DNA of 64,000 nt, from positions 10,416,001-10,480,000 of the forward strand of contig NW_026262626.1 of assembly GCF_021869535.1 (NCBI RefSeq), given 5' to 3'. Both the position numbers and the translations under genes were made by a program. The DNA comes from Mytilus californianus. Taxonomy: Eukaryota. Numbering within the stretch: the stretch's first letter is position 1; the number at the start of each line of letters is the position of its first letter. A model generated the notes under the pieces. The model was not told the origin of the DNA. It was given only the letters and a program-made list of their open reading frames with translations, and ran no database searches. Positions 1-12,982 of this stretch are shown here, piece after piece.

Positions 1-39
1 CTAAATTAAATCATGTATTAACAATATATTTGTATGTAT

Positions 40-465
40 AAAAGCAGTTCTTTTGTTACCTATTCTGACATCGGACTCGGACTTCTTTTAAACTAAGTTT
101 TACTGTGCGTATTGCTGTGTGTTTGTTTATCCTACATTGGCTAGAGGTATAGGGGGAGGGTTGAGATCTCACAAAACATGTTACACCCTGCCGCATTTTT
201 TGTGCCTGTCCCAAGTCAGGAGCCTCTGGCCTTTGATAGTCTTGTATGTTTTTTAATTTTATTTCATTTATATGTTTTCGAGTTTAGTGTGACGTCCATT
301 TTCATTGAACTAGTACACAGTTTTGTTTAGGGGCCAGCTGAAGTCCGCCTCGGGGTGCCTGATTTTCTCGCTGTGTTGAAGACCCATTGGTGTCCTTCGG
401 CTGTTTTCTGCTCTTTGGTAGGGTTGTCGTCTCTTTGACACATTCCCCATTTCCATTCTCAATTT
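40..465 (+). mobile_element. Family A retroelement 3'-end copy
   Basis: Colinear with the reverse complement of 59879-60290 (CTGACATCGGACTCGGAC...CCATTCTCAATTTT). Confidence 0.8.
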
Positions 466-612
466 TATAATATATAAGCGTTTTAGTATGCTTTCAATCT
501 TGAAATGGTTAAAACCAGAAAACTAAGAAGGTTAGGTCGCTTTTGCTTGGAAGTTAAAAAAAATAATTATTCACAGAGTATAATCAAACATTTGATAAAA
601 ACAGTAACTCAC

Positions 613-717
613 CCCAGTTTTACTTTTGTCTAACATTCTTATTCCATACTGACTTATTTCTACTGTACATAATGGTGGAGGCACTGAACTCTTCTGTGAC
701 CGTCTGGATAAAGCAAC
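613..717 (-). CDS. MAPK8IP1: JIP1-like scaffold, PTB-domain exon (gene continues beyond the left edge)
   Basis: ttttgacag|GTTGCT...ACTGGG|gtgagt, 105 nt, phase 0-0; VALSRRSQKSSVPPPLCTVEISQYGIRMLDKSKTG fits the JIP1 PTB segment. Confidence 0.85.
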
Positions 718-1164
718 CTGTCAAAATAGATAAAGAAAAAAATGTTAAACTAAGTTTGAGATGAAACAAATGTGTAAACCAATTTTTTTCTGCAAATACT
801 TTTTTTTGCGTTTAGTCCATTCTAGGCGACTTTGAAGCGATATATTTTTGCTTACTTTATTGATTTCTAATAAGAAAAGACCACAGTTTGACATACTGGC
901 AACAATTTACACTGGATTTTTCACCTACTAGCGAAAGTCATGAAAATAAATTGCTAGCAAACATTAATTGCTTTCCAGTATTTTCAAAGCAACTCAAGCA
1001 ATGCTCTGGTCATTTGCAAAAATGCAAAGATGAATACAAAGATGGTACAGTTTGTCAGCAATCTGTTTCAGGGTATGTGGGTATTGTCAGCAATCTGTTT
1101 CAGGGGATGTGGATAGTGGAAGCATCAAGGTTTTTATTTCTCTAAAAGCTTATATTTAAAGGAA

Positions 1165-1545
1165 TTTTCTGTGTCCAAGCATCACAACTCCTGCAAATCA
1201 CTCAACCAGAATGAAACTAAAGCTCAATCTGTACATTCTTATGATATGACCATGTATGATAATACCAATATCATATCTACTGATTCAGAAATATCAGAAA
1301 AAAGTGTAGAAAACACATAATTTCAAGCAATTTTCTATGTCAAAGGGGGTGCAACTTCGGCATAAATCGCTCAAGTGGACAAAAACTCATACTTGATCTG
1401 TAACTTCTTATAATATGACAAATTATGAAATGTCTAATCCATCAATTCAGGCATTACAGAAAAAAGTGCAGAAAACTTACTGGATGGACACACGGACCAA
1501 GTGCAACCTTCGTCTTCTGTAAAAAAACAGGAGTGCTTAAGCCTC
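1165..1545 (+). mobile_element. Degenerate HINE-like element
   Basis: Two ~160-bp-type units followed by GGATGGACACACGGAC. Confidence 0.45.
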
Positions 1546-1574
1546 GCATCAGTAAATATTTCCATAGTACAAAC

Positions 1575-1675
1575 CTTATTTATTGCCTGACATAAAACTT
1601 CATCTCCTTTGTGCCCATTAACTTCTACTGATCCTAAAAATCGTAACTGGAATCTCCAACTTCCATCTTCGTCCT
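1575..1675 (-). CDS. MAPK8IP1: JIP1-like scaffold, start of PTB domain
   Basis: tttatag|AGGACG...AATAAG|gtttgt, 101 nt, phase 1-0; FQLRFLGSVEVNGHKGDEVLCQAINK matches the JIP1 FLGSV...HKG..VLC motif. Confidence 0.9.
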
Positions 1676-2367
1676 CTATAAATATCAGGAAAAATAATTA
1701 AAAAGTATGTCAATTTATTTGTTTTTGTAACTATGTATAATAGTAGGTCTCTCTTATAAATAACTATCAATGGGATATAAGCAACAAAATACATTCTGAT
1801 ATGTGGCAGTCAGACAAACTTTAGGTAATAGCCAACCAAACCACTTTATAGCAGGCTTGACAGTATTATTAAGTTAATAAATAGCTAGAAAACATGAGTA
1901 AGTATAGGATCTAACGAAAGTTCACCTCACTGCACTTTAATGTGCAAACTCACAAACACAGGAAGAGACAATGGTTGAAATAACCAGCCAGTGTCTCAAT
2001 TGCACTGTACAATCTTTATCCCCCCCCCTCAAAAAATTTAATGGCCTAAAAGAAATTACCCCTGCTTTTTGGTGGGGTTCGTGTTGCTCAGTCTTTAGTT
2101 GTCTATGTTGTGTTTTGTACACTGTTGTTTGTCTTTTGGTTTTTTCCTTTTTTTCCATGAAGCTGTCAGTTTATTTTCAAACTTATGAATTTGGATGTCC
2201 CTTTTGTATCTTCTGCCTCTCTTTAATATTTTAGAAAATACAAGCAACTAGATAAGATACAAAAATATATCCAATAGTTAAATCAATGGATATTGTCTTC
2301 AATGTCGATTAAATGAGCTATCAATCAGTTTAGTTGCAAATAAAGTGCACTTAGCACCTTAAATTAC

Positions 2368-2448
2368 CTGTTTCTTCCTCTAAGAACTGTAAATCTGTTG
2401 CATACATTGATGGGAATATTCCTTGTTGTCCTGATCGTAAATTGACAC
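2368..2448 (-). CDS. MAPK8IP1: JIP1-like scaffold, C-terminal half of SH3
   Basis: ttaaag|GTGTC...AACAG|gtaatt, 81 nt, phase 1-1; GVNLRSGQQGIFPSMYATDL (SH3 GIFP..Y motif). Confidence 0.9.
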
Positions 2449-3232
2449 CTTTAAATCAATAAACATTTATAAGTATATGTCATTAATTTGTCATAAATTA
2501 TTGCTTTTATTTTTTTTTTTTTTTTTGTAGGTAAGACATTTTTACCTTTTACCTATTTTAGATTTATCAGAAATGCCTCAAAATTTAAACTTCAAACAAA
2601 TATATATAAATCTTTGCAGCAATAGTTTTAGACTTGAGGTTACATATAAAAATAAATTTTCCATTTACAATTTTCAATTTATGTTGTATGCAAGTGAATA
2701 CAGTTTACAATGTAAACATAAATATCTGTTTCATTGCAACATGACAACAAAATTGATTGCAAAATGAAAAAAAAAACAACTAGTGTAACCCAAACAACAG
2801 TTGACATACCTGTCCCAAGTTAAGGATTTTTTCAGCGCTTGTTTTTCCGTTCTGATATATGATAGTCTGTTGAATTTTTTCACAACTTATTTAAGAGCTT
2901 GTCATGCAGTGTTGTTGCAAATTTACTGGATTTTGATCTCTATATATGTTTATTTTGATTAATTTTTATTAATGGGTTGCCGTCTAATTGATTTTTCCCG
3001 AATCCTTTTTATAAAATTCATAAATGAAAGAAAATACTACATTTAAAACGAACTCCCAAGATTTTTTTTTTAAGTAAATAAAAATACCCAAATTTTTCAT
3101 TACTTGACTGCATAATTATGTGTAATCCATGTGAAGAAATCTCAGATACCTTATGTGACATACAAATTTTAGTACATTCTAATAATATATTGAGAAATAA
3201 AATATAATTTATGTCCATATATAAGGACAAAC

Positions 3233-3406
3233 CTTCACACCAAAGATCATCACTGGTTTTTGTTACATGGAGGGGATCTCCTATTTCTATCTCCACTTCG
3301 TCTTTATGTCTTGGTATAAATCTGTGCATTCCTCTGTGGGTTACTTCCAAATCTAAATAATTAACACCAGGGTAACTAGACGATGACCTTCTCCTTGAAC
3401 CTGAAC
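3233..3406 (-). CDS. MAPK8IP1: JIP1-like scaffold, N-terminal half of SH3
   Basis: ctaatctgtacttcag|GTTCAG...GTGAAG|gtttgt, 174 nt, phase 1-1; THRGMHRFIPRHKDEVEIEIGDPLHVTKTSDDLWCEG is the JIP1/Aplip1 SH3 signature. Confidence 0.9.
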
Positions 3407-3626
3407 CTGAAGTACAGATTAGGAGGTTATTATAGATAACTATTTAACATTTTCCATATCAGCCTTGGCATCAGTCCTCCTTGTCTCTTAGATCAAGCCT
3501 GAGAGCTTTAGTTCGAGGTCTGATATGGATCAAGGACTGGTTCCATTGACAATAGGGTAAGTATTATATGTAGAACTCTGTGCATTCTTTGGGAATATGT
3601 GTACATTTGATAAATTTAAAACATAA

Positions 3627-3953
3627 GGTTTGGTACCATTAAACATTTAAACCCGCTGCAACTGTTTGCACCTGTCCTAAGTCAGGAATCTGATGTTCAG
3701 TAGTTGTCATTTGTTGATGTGGTTCATAAGTGATTCTCGTTTCTCGTTTTTTATATAGATTAGACCGTTGGCTTTCCCGTTTGAATGGTTTTACACTAGT
3801 AATTTTTGGGGCCCTTTATAGCTTGCTGTGTGGTGTGAGCCAAGGCTCCGTGTTGAAGACCATACTTTGACCTATAATGGTTTACTTTTACAAATTGTTG
3901 ACTTGGATGGAGAGTTGTCTTATTGGCACTCATACCACATCTTCTTATATCTA
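3627..3953 (+). mobile_element. Abundant repeat 'family B' (ends CATACCACATCTTCTT)
   Basis: Near-identical inverted copy at 7213-7541; other copies or fragments at 4800-5045(+), 17488-17860(-), 29946-30330(-), 35500-35590(+), 47190-47535(+), 63520-63665(+). Confidence 0.8.
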
Positions 3954-6189
3954 TATAATCCTTAAATCAAAGTGCTTGTGAGCACTAAAGGATAAAGATT
4001 GCATTAATTTTGCAAACGGAACTAAAAATTAAACATTGCATTGTATTAAGGTAGGGGGTGTGTCTTAATGTTTGACTATAGATTTTTCTTCAACTTCTGT
4101 AAAAGACTTCTGGGTCAATGTACTTCCAAATTTCTATATAAAAACAGGGGTCAGTTTATTTCCTTAAAATACATTAAAATTAATGAAATCAGATATTTTA
4201 TAGGGGTTATATAGGGGAAACTTAAATTTTTCCTTATTCAGAAAATATTAAACAATAGAAATGGTTAAAATTCAATGAGAGAATTGCTTGTCATATATAC
4301 TTCTGAAATATCAAATAAAAATAGGTGGTCTTATTGTAAATACACTTAAAAAAAATTTAATTTTTTAACAGTTTAATCAATAAATTGCAAGCTTTAGATG
4401 TTTCTGTTGAATATAGAATGATACTTGGTAAAATATTTTTAAACCAAAATATTTTTTTGCAACTTTGCCCAGAAGGGATGCTCAGAAAGAGACACTGGAT
4501 CTACCGTAAGCATTGTAGGGCAATACCATGAATTGGAGTCCCTAATTGAAGTTGAACAAAATACAATTATGGACAGAGAAGATAACTCCAATTCTAAATA
4601 TTACTTTAACAATGAAATCATTGATAATTTGTGAATAGATACTAGATTCATGCACCATGCTCAATTGATGTGATTTTCTTGACAAGTATGGTTATAACAT
4701 CATTTTATAACTTGAACATTTGAGAATATATTTCAATGATAAATTTCTGGAAATGTTAACAGCCAAGTTAGGAGCCTTTAGTACAATAGGTGTTGTTAGT
4801 TCATGTCTGGCATAATTTATTTTTGTAAATTGTTTTGTTATAAATTAGGCCGTTAGATTTCTCGTTTGAATTGTTTTACATTTTTTCATGTCAGGACCTT
4901 GTATATCTGACTATAAAGATACGGTATGGGTTTTTCTCATTGTTGAAGGCCGTACGGTGACCTATAATTGCTTATATCACCTAATTAGAACTCTGGTGGA
5001 TAGTTGTCTCATTAGCAATCATATGACATCTGCTTATTTTTATATAGATAGGATGTACAGAATGTTGTGCCGAATTCACTATGTTTTGTTTTTTTTTTCT
5101 CAAAAGTAGTGACAAAGTCTGGAAAATTGATAACTATTAAGCCAGCCACATAAGGGTTTTGATTTGGGTTAATGCAATCCTTACCCCCAAAAAAACATAA
5201 GTTTCTGAAATTAAATGAAAGGATAGTTAATCAATGTATCAAATTTAACCTCAAATAATTGAAGAAGATCTATTTGAAATATCCACAAAAAAGGGAATAT
5301 CTTTAAAAAAAAATCACTAATAGATATGATTTTTAGTACGAATATATAATATCAATATTATCAATAAAATGACCCTACATATCTTAGAAAAAATAAATAT
5401 TGATGCTTATAAAATATATCAATTCTTACAGTGCAAAAGACACTTTTCAGATCAGAGTTTCTAAAACAGTCAAATTATTATTTGAAACACATATTTAGTC
5501 TATACGATAAACTTTAGAATCTACAGGTGCAAAGCTGAATTTTACGAAAATTTTAGTTAGATTCTATAGGGTTGTATATATAATTTTTACAGACTCGACA
5601 GCATTTTCACAAGCCTTTGCTGGTGGGCCTGTGGTTGATCGCAAAGACTGCATATTATAGTAATTCAGTATTTTGATAATGCACGTGTGACGACTCATGT
5701 GTGCTGACACTTCCACCAAACTCTGTAACACACAGTGTTCATGTAAACAATGTTGTATATTAAACATAGTTCATAGAAATTTGGTTGTCTCTATGATATG
5801 CTATGGGATATAAAAAACATTTTTGGTACATGCTCTTTTTCTTATAATAAAAGTCCAGATAGAAATTCTCTGATTAGTCAAAGCAGTACTACACTTGTTT
5901 TTTGTTTTGTTTTTGGGTTTTTTTTGGGGGGGGAGAAGGGGGAGGGGGCAGTTTTAGACTATTAAAATAGTTTGTGTTTTTTTGTCATTCTAATGGTCCT
6001 TCAAATTCATTAACTAATCTCTTCCTTAATATAGATTTACAATAAATTTCTGGATGTTAAAATGCCATCAACAAATCACCCAGTTACTAAACAAAAATTT
6101 ACTCAAACAACTTGGTGCGAACTTAAAGGATCCTGGCCTGATATTTTGGCAAGCAAGATTTTTACAGAAAAATCAATGCACAATCTGTT

Positions 6190-6442
6190 AATGATTGATT
6201 GCTTGGTGTTTAACTCCACTTTCAGCATGCTGGCTATTTCATGGCGGCTAGTTTTTATTGGTGGAGGAAGCCACATTACGTGGAGAGAAGCACAGACCAT
6301 CTACAGGAAAACTGGTAATCCTAGTCAATTAAGATCAGATTCAAAAACACAATGCAGAAGTGGGGTTCTTACTCACAACCTGTGTTGATAGGCTAGTGAT
6401 GACTGTACAGAAACTACTTAAACCACTAGGGCACCGAGGGCC
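6190..6442 (-). mobile_element. tRNA-headed SINE, family 1
   Basis: Reverse complement colinear with 47629-47877. Confidence 0.8.
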
Positions 6443-6513
6443 TTACAGTCTGTTACTTGTTACCTTTAAACAAAAATCACAAAGAAGAATTATAACAGGT
6501 TCTGAATACATAC

Positions 6514-6858
6514 CATCCGAATCTCTTCTGTCTCTTCCGGATGCTGATGCCACAGATAAATGTTTTGTCTCAACAGTTGAATCCTCTTCCAAGTATATAT
6601 TATTAGAATTTAGATATGGTTTTGTGTTCTTTGAAACACTGTTTGTAAAGTGTGAACATTTCAACTCTTCTAAATATTTTCGACTAAATTTTGGATATAT
6701 TTTGTCATTAGCAGATGACTGTTTTGTTACAGTAGGTTCACTAGGTAAAAACACATCGTCCTCTTCAGAATCAGTTTTAAGTAGAGCTTCTTGCAGTTCG
6801 TCAGCAAGACATTTCTCATTTTTAACTGTTGGCTTGTCTTCTTCTACTGGTAATTCAG
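6514..6858 (-). CDS. MAPK8IP1: JIP1-like scaffold, acidic low-complexity linker exon
   Basis: ttcattacag|CTGAAT...CGGATG|gtatgt, 345 nt open, phase 1-1, compatible with both neighbouring exons. Confidence 0.75.
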
Positions 6859-7212
6859 CTGTAATGAAGATCAATTCCAATCACAATACTTAAATCATGA
6901 CTAATTTTTAATCAAAATATTAAAATCATGTTTAATTCTAACAAAAATACTAAAATCAAATTTACATCATCTTAAAATCATTATTTGACAAATATCAATT
7001 CTGATAGTTTGCCTTATAATGTGGCTAAGGTTTTATTGGCTATAATCAGATACAGAATTAGTAACTTGTTCCAAACAGAAGAAGATATTAAATACCTAAG
7101 ACAAGGAATTAAATAACAGTATGGGTACTCAAGTACCGATCAACAATTATTGCTTCATGTTGATTTAGTTTATGATACTGTTAAGCTCTCTATAACTTTT
7201 TAGAAAGGTTAA

Positions 7213-7690
7213 TAGATATAAGAAGATGTGGTTTGAGTGCCAATGAGACAACTCTCCATCCAAGTCAAAATTTATAAAAGTAAACCATTATAGGTCAAAG
7301 TACGGTCTTCAACACGGAGCCTTGGCTCACACCGAACAGCAAGCTATAAAGGGCCCCAAAAATGACTAGTGTTAAACCATTCAAACGGGAAAACCAACAG
7401 TCTAATCTATATAAAAAAAACGAAAAACGAGAAACACTTATGAACCACATCAACAAAAGATAACTACTGAACATCAGATTCCAGACTAAGAACAGGTGCA
7501 AACAATTGCAGTGGGTTTAAACGTTTTAATGGTACCAAACCTTCATCCTTATCTGAAACAATAGTGTAACATCACAACATAGAAAGACACACTATAAAAT
7601 ATCAATTGAAATGGCTTAACTCAATCAAAAGACATATTAACACCAGTGAACATACACTGAACAAATAAATTTGATCTATGATACAATGTA
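7213..7690 (-). mobile_element. Family B repeat, inverted relative to 3627-3953
   Basis: Reverse complement aligns base by base with 3627-3953 with few substitutions. Confidence 0.8.
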
Positions 7691-9539
7691 AATGCAAAAT
7701 AAATGTACATGTATCAAGATAATTCAAACCAAAAACTAAATCAAGATTAATTTTGAATAAAAATACTTAAACCAAGATTATTTCCAATTAAAATACCTAA
7801 AGCAAAACATTTCCAATTATCCTGTTAATGTTTACTCAATCCCATTTCCAAAGGCATTTCACATGAAAGAAAACTAGAGTCTCACATGGCATCGTATTGA
7901 TTATTTGATTACTATGCCTAAATTGTATGGAAATCTCCTTATTTTCAAATACATTGCAAAAAAAGACTCTTTCTAAAGGCCATACTGACTTCACCTGTTT
8001 ACCATACTAATCAAATAACCAATAGTTGAAAATGGCCTTGCAGAGAGCCTAGATGCAAACTACATTTGCTCGTATGCCAGGCAAAAGTTCTCAAGATGAA
8101 TCCAAATTAAAAAAAATTTCATAGCCTCCTATTAAATTAAATTCAACACTAACGTCTTATTAAATTAATCGCTTTTGATGGGGGGAAAGGAGAAGGTTCA
8201 CAAAGGGTTAAAATTGGCTCTTAGATTTTGATGTTTTTTTTAATCAGGCCCAAATACTACAATATTGACATAGAAATAGTTGTGATATTACTATTAATAC
8301 AATATACTTCATTTTTGCATATCACATTAAAAATAACTAAGTTTTGACTCCTCAAGTATGCACTATCAGCCTTCACGATTAACTTTTGAGTCCACAAGCC
8401 TGAAGCTCAATTTTTTTAAATTTTAGTTGGATTCTGTTGGCTTGTAGAGGGAGTTTTACAAGCCCGAAAGCAATTTTACAAGCATGGGCCGTAGAACTTG
8501 TGGTTAAGTGTGAAGACTGCACTATTTGTGTTGTAACGTCAGCTTTGGTCAAATTTTCAATAATTCTTAACAGTTTTTTGCATAATTTACTTTGGCAGCC
8601 ACCCATGATCAAGAAAGTTTTTGTGTCTAAGGAATCAATATCATCATTGGCAACTTTTTGTTACAGAACATTATGGATCCTAGGTTGCGGCCAAAGATTT
8701 CCTCAAGCTTTTAGGTCCGAAAAATGCACTAAATCATAGTAATTTAACAATATATCCAAAATGTGCTGATTCTGAAGCCAAAAATGTACACTTATGAAGA
8801 GATTTACTTTAACAAAGAAGTAAATAGTTATTAAAGGTACCAGGATTATAATTTAATAAGCCAGACTTTTGAAATATACCCATTTAAGAACCAAATTATA
8901 GCAACTTTGAAATTTTATGATAAAGTTGAAATTCAAGGCCATATTTGGCCTAAAGTGAACCTTGTCCTTTGACCATATGATATTTGTATGCCTGCCTGAA
9001 CCAAAAAAATCTTTTAGTATAAAGTATCCCATAAAGGAACATTTCTATTATATTTTCATTCAGTTTGTCAAGTGAATTTCCAGATCTACTGTGGATTCAT
9101 TTATTTTCGTGGGTACCAATTTTCATGGACTAACTAAAAATTGTATTTCCGTGGATATTTGATTTCATGGTTTTACAAAAGTCGGCATACAAGCCTTTAA
9201 AAAATATGTAGAACATTGAACATATAAATTTGTGGTTCACTTGTACCCAAGAAATCCACGAAATTTTTTTTTCCCATGAATAATAATGGTATATATTTCC
9301 TTTATACTCCAATGTTAAAATAAATAACTCATTTGAGTTGTTACAGGTTGGTCTGTCTGTCAAAGCAACAACAGTGAGTTACAATTTATATAAGTATCAA
9401 AAAGGGAACCTTTCGTTAATATTTGTTTTTTATTGCTTTAGTGGTTTGTATGATTTTTCTTACATATTTTCTTTAGGATCCAATAAAAGTTTAAGTTCCA
9501 TACTCACGCCCATATTGGTTGGATAATTTGAACCATAGT

Positions 9540-10720
9540 AATTATGTGAGCCAAAATTTGTTCCTGTGAAAAAAGTTCCAGTGGAACTTATATCACAGGA
9601 AATATGTTCTGGGAGAACTTTTTTCACAGGTAATTTCTATATAATTTGTTCCATCTCTATAAAATAAGTTCCACACTTTACCTGGTGAAATAAGTACCGG
9701 GTTGGTGAAATTTGGTCCTTACCTAGTGAAATAAGTTCCGGGTTTATGAGATTTGTTCCTTACCTGGTGAAATAAGTTCTGAGTTTGTGAGATTTGTTCC
9801 TCACCTGGTGAAATAAGTTCCTTGTCTGTGAAATATGTTCCACTTGTTAAACAAGTTATCTTAAATACTGAGCATTTGTCATCAGTGAGTTTAAAGTTAT
9901 CATTCAAGTGCATTATAAAAATAAGTATTATATTAATAATATAATAGATTAAAAGTGTAAATCATCCAGTTTGGATCCTATGGAGTATAGGAAATGTTTA
10001 ATTATATACTCTGTAAAAAATATCTAAATGACACTTTTGAACCAGAAAAGATTAGAATAAGAAAAATCATTCAGAAAAAAAGTATAGTTTAAGAGGAACA
10101 TATGTACTAATTTGAAAAGGACAAAGTGACTTGATCATTTATAAATATCAAAAGACATGTAGAAAAAAAAGACACACTCTTTTGAAACTGTGCCATGTCC
10201 TAAGTACATGTATGACTAGAACACGGGGCCATATGACAGTTAAGTTGAACTGTTAACAGGAACCAAGGAGGAATACCGCATAAAACATAAATACAAATTA
10301 TGATACATTACCATCGCTTTTATTTCTTATCTTCATCCTATAGTTACAGTCATGCCTTCAATTGCAAATGTATCCCATGCAAGTACACACAGTACAGCAT
10401 TTAGCTTGCATTATAATTTAAGTGTAAATGTTTCGGTGTGCAATAATGATTGAGCGAAACTTATTCATTAGTTTCTAAGAAATATTTACATGTTCGTTTA
10501 AAACTAATGTCACAGGAACTTATTTAAAACTTTTTAATATTAATTGAAACAAAATTCATGGAGCTATGATTTTTGCTCTGGAACTTATTTCACATTTGGC
10601 CAAAAAATTAGTTCCGGAACAAATTTTTCAGAGCTGGAACGTATTTTCTGTGATATAAATTCGGGTGGAACATATTTCCTATGAAATTTGTTCCGGCGGA
10701 ACAAATTTTTTGTTACAATT
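9540..10720. mobile_element. Foldback-like element with long imperfect termini rich in GTTCC/GGAAC repeats
   Basis: AAATTTGTTCC motifs in opposite orientation at the two ends; internal ~40-bp tandem ACCTGGTGAAATAAGTTCC at 9680-9830. Confidence 0.5.
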
Positions 10721-10875
10721 ACACTTGAAAAATTTCTCACATATTTTCTTTAACTGCCTAAACAGCACTTAAAAATATAAATAAAAAATATATTTCCCAA
10801 AAGTTCCAAAGAAATATTAAGTTCTAAGATGTAGACTATATTGGTTGGGTGGACCACCCATGTCACAATTCTTAA

Positions 10876-11360
10876 CAAGAAATGATTGTGAAGGGATGCG
10901 GTTACGAAGTCTCCCAAACAAATCCCCTTAAGTATAAACCCCTAAGGACTTTCCCTATTGAATAAATTGAGAAAAAAAAGTTCAAGGTCAAAGGTCAAGG
11001 TCATAATTGAACATTGACCTTTCGACCTTTCAGTATGTTCCCATGGTCATTACTGAAGACCCCATGTGTCTATCACTAACTGTTCTCAAGTGATAATTAT
11101 TTGATAATAAAACATTTTAAAATCCCATAGGGTTCTATAGTAAACTCCTCCTTTCTTTATGCCCCTCAAAGTACCCCTTTATAAACCCCATTGCACAAAC
11201 AAAACCCTGATTACACCACTAGGCATGTTAGTCTAACATATTGGGGATCCCTAAGTTAATCTGACAAACGGTTTTGGAGACTGGGTGCGGACAAGTTCAA
11301 ATTTAAAAGAAAAGAAGAAGAAGAAAGTCACAACACTCACTAGTCAATATGTTTCACAAG
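10876..11360 (+). mobile_element. Degenerate HINE-like element
   Basis: AACAAGA start, AAGGTCAAAGGTCAAGGTCA core, (AAG)n near the end. Confidence 0.45.
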
Positions 11361-11640
11361 TTTTGATTTTTAATCTAACCTTGTTACCATAGTAATTGAC
11401 CAAAATGAACCATAGTTTCATTTCTCATTTAGTACTATATATGGAATCTTTCTGTTATACATTTGTATTTATTGTCTCAGAGCTTGAAAACTAGAAGATC
11501 TAGAACATGGGTTGTAACAATGTCACCCATATTCATTATCAAATTGGAGGCAAAGTTAAAAATTTTAGTTCAACCTTCAGGAAAATATCTACCCAAGATT
11601 TGGCTTACTTGCAAAACAGAAGTTCAAAGTTTTTATAAAG

Positions 11641-11788
11641 GAGGGTCTGGATGGGGAGTCCTGTATTTCTGTATTCTCTAATTTTTTAAGCCATTATTCT
11701 CTAGTCTTCTTTTTTTGGTCCATTTTTCTCTATTCTTTATATTTTTTGTCTATTATTCTCTATTCTGTAAACCCCCATCCACACCCTC
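11641..11788. mobile_element. Short MITE with TIR GAGGGTCTGGATGGGG
   Basis: Inverted termini and internal ATTCTCTA repeats; relatives near 20670, 40137-40234, 41516-41697, 52090. Confidence 0.7.
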
Positions 11789-12982
11789 ATAAAGGATGAT
11801 CGATAAATAAGATTCACTAAAATCAAATTTATTTAAATTGCATAATCTAAGTTATACATGTACTAGGACGTGTCTTTAGTGAATAAAATAATATTGTAAT
11901 TACATAACAGTATTCTGAATCGATGGTATCAATTTACTAATTATGATTAATCAAATCATAAAAACAGTATTAAATGAATTATTTCTTATTAATGAATACT
12001 CATTTTTCTACTTGTTATAACCTTATAAAAGCTTTATATTCAGAAATTAATTTCAGTAACGTGCAATAGAAATGGAAACATTAAACAATATTAATAATTC
12101 ACTAGAGGTGTAATGAAACACTGATGGTATCGATCTTGTCCTAATTGACACCAGGTTATTGACATTTTAGAAATGGAATAAGGTAAACAAATCCTAGTTA
12201 AATCGAATGTATATTTTTCTCTCATTTAAAATAACAGCAATTTATTAAGAGGTACTTCAAGGTGAGTTTACAAACTTCAGTTGCATACTTAGTCAATGAT
12301 TATTTTCAAAGCATAAACTATAACTTTATATAAAACGAAAATGACTTTAACTGCAGATTTAAATTTAATCAAGGCATCCTATTTAAATTTGGTCAAGACA
12401 TTGATAGTCGCTTAACAAAAGGTGTTGTACCCCATATGCAGGGTTCTAAATACCATTTGGAAGAATAACCCTCTTACAAGTCTAGACAAATACCTGAAAC
12501 ACTTTGTTAAATTGTAAACCATAAAATTCCCCATACTGTAGAAAATCAACCCACTTATTATCTTTGTGAAGATTCAGATATACTGTGGGTTCATTTATTT
12601 TCGTGAATACGAATTTTCATGCATTAAGATAAAAATCTATTTTCGTGGATATTTGATTTCATGGTTTTGTCAAAGTCTGCATACAAGGCTAAAGAAAAAT
12701 GTGTCCTTGAACGTTTACATTCATGGTTCACCTGTACCCACGAAATCCACGAAAATTGGTATCCGAGGAATAATAATGAATCCATAGTAATGCGAAAGCA
12801 AACTGTTACTCTAATGTTGTGATATTAAGTGTCCTACAATGTTTCATGGGAATACATTACATCAAACAAACAAAAAATTGGGTCATTTTGGTTGGTTTGT
12901 AATGATGGGTTGATATCTCAGCGACATTCATCTTTTCTGTTCATACATAGTGCTCCTGTTTAACATAAACAACTAAAAAATA

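Noticed and set aside
5564-5767. Additional JIP1 exon
   Set aside because: An acceptor-like site exists, but no phase-compatible donor occurs before a stop and there is no recognisable motif.
6360-6893. 177-aa plus-strand ORF
   Set aside because: Antisense shadow of the JIP1 linker exon plus SINE sequence.
10312-10337. 26-nt AG-GT microexon (MKIRNKSD) in the JIP1 intron
   Set aside because: Phase is incompatible with the upstream exon, it lies inside a foldback-like repeat, and the gene model closes without it.
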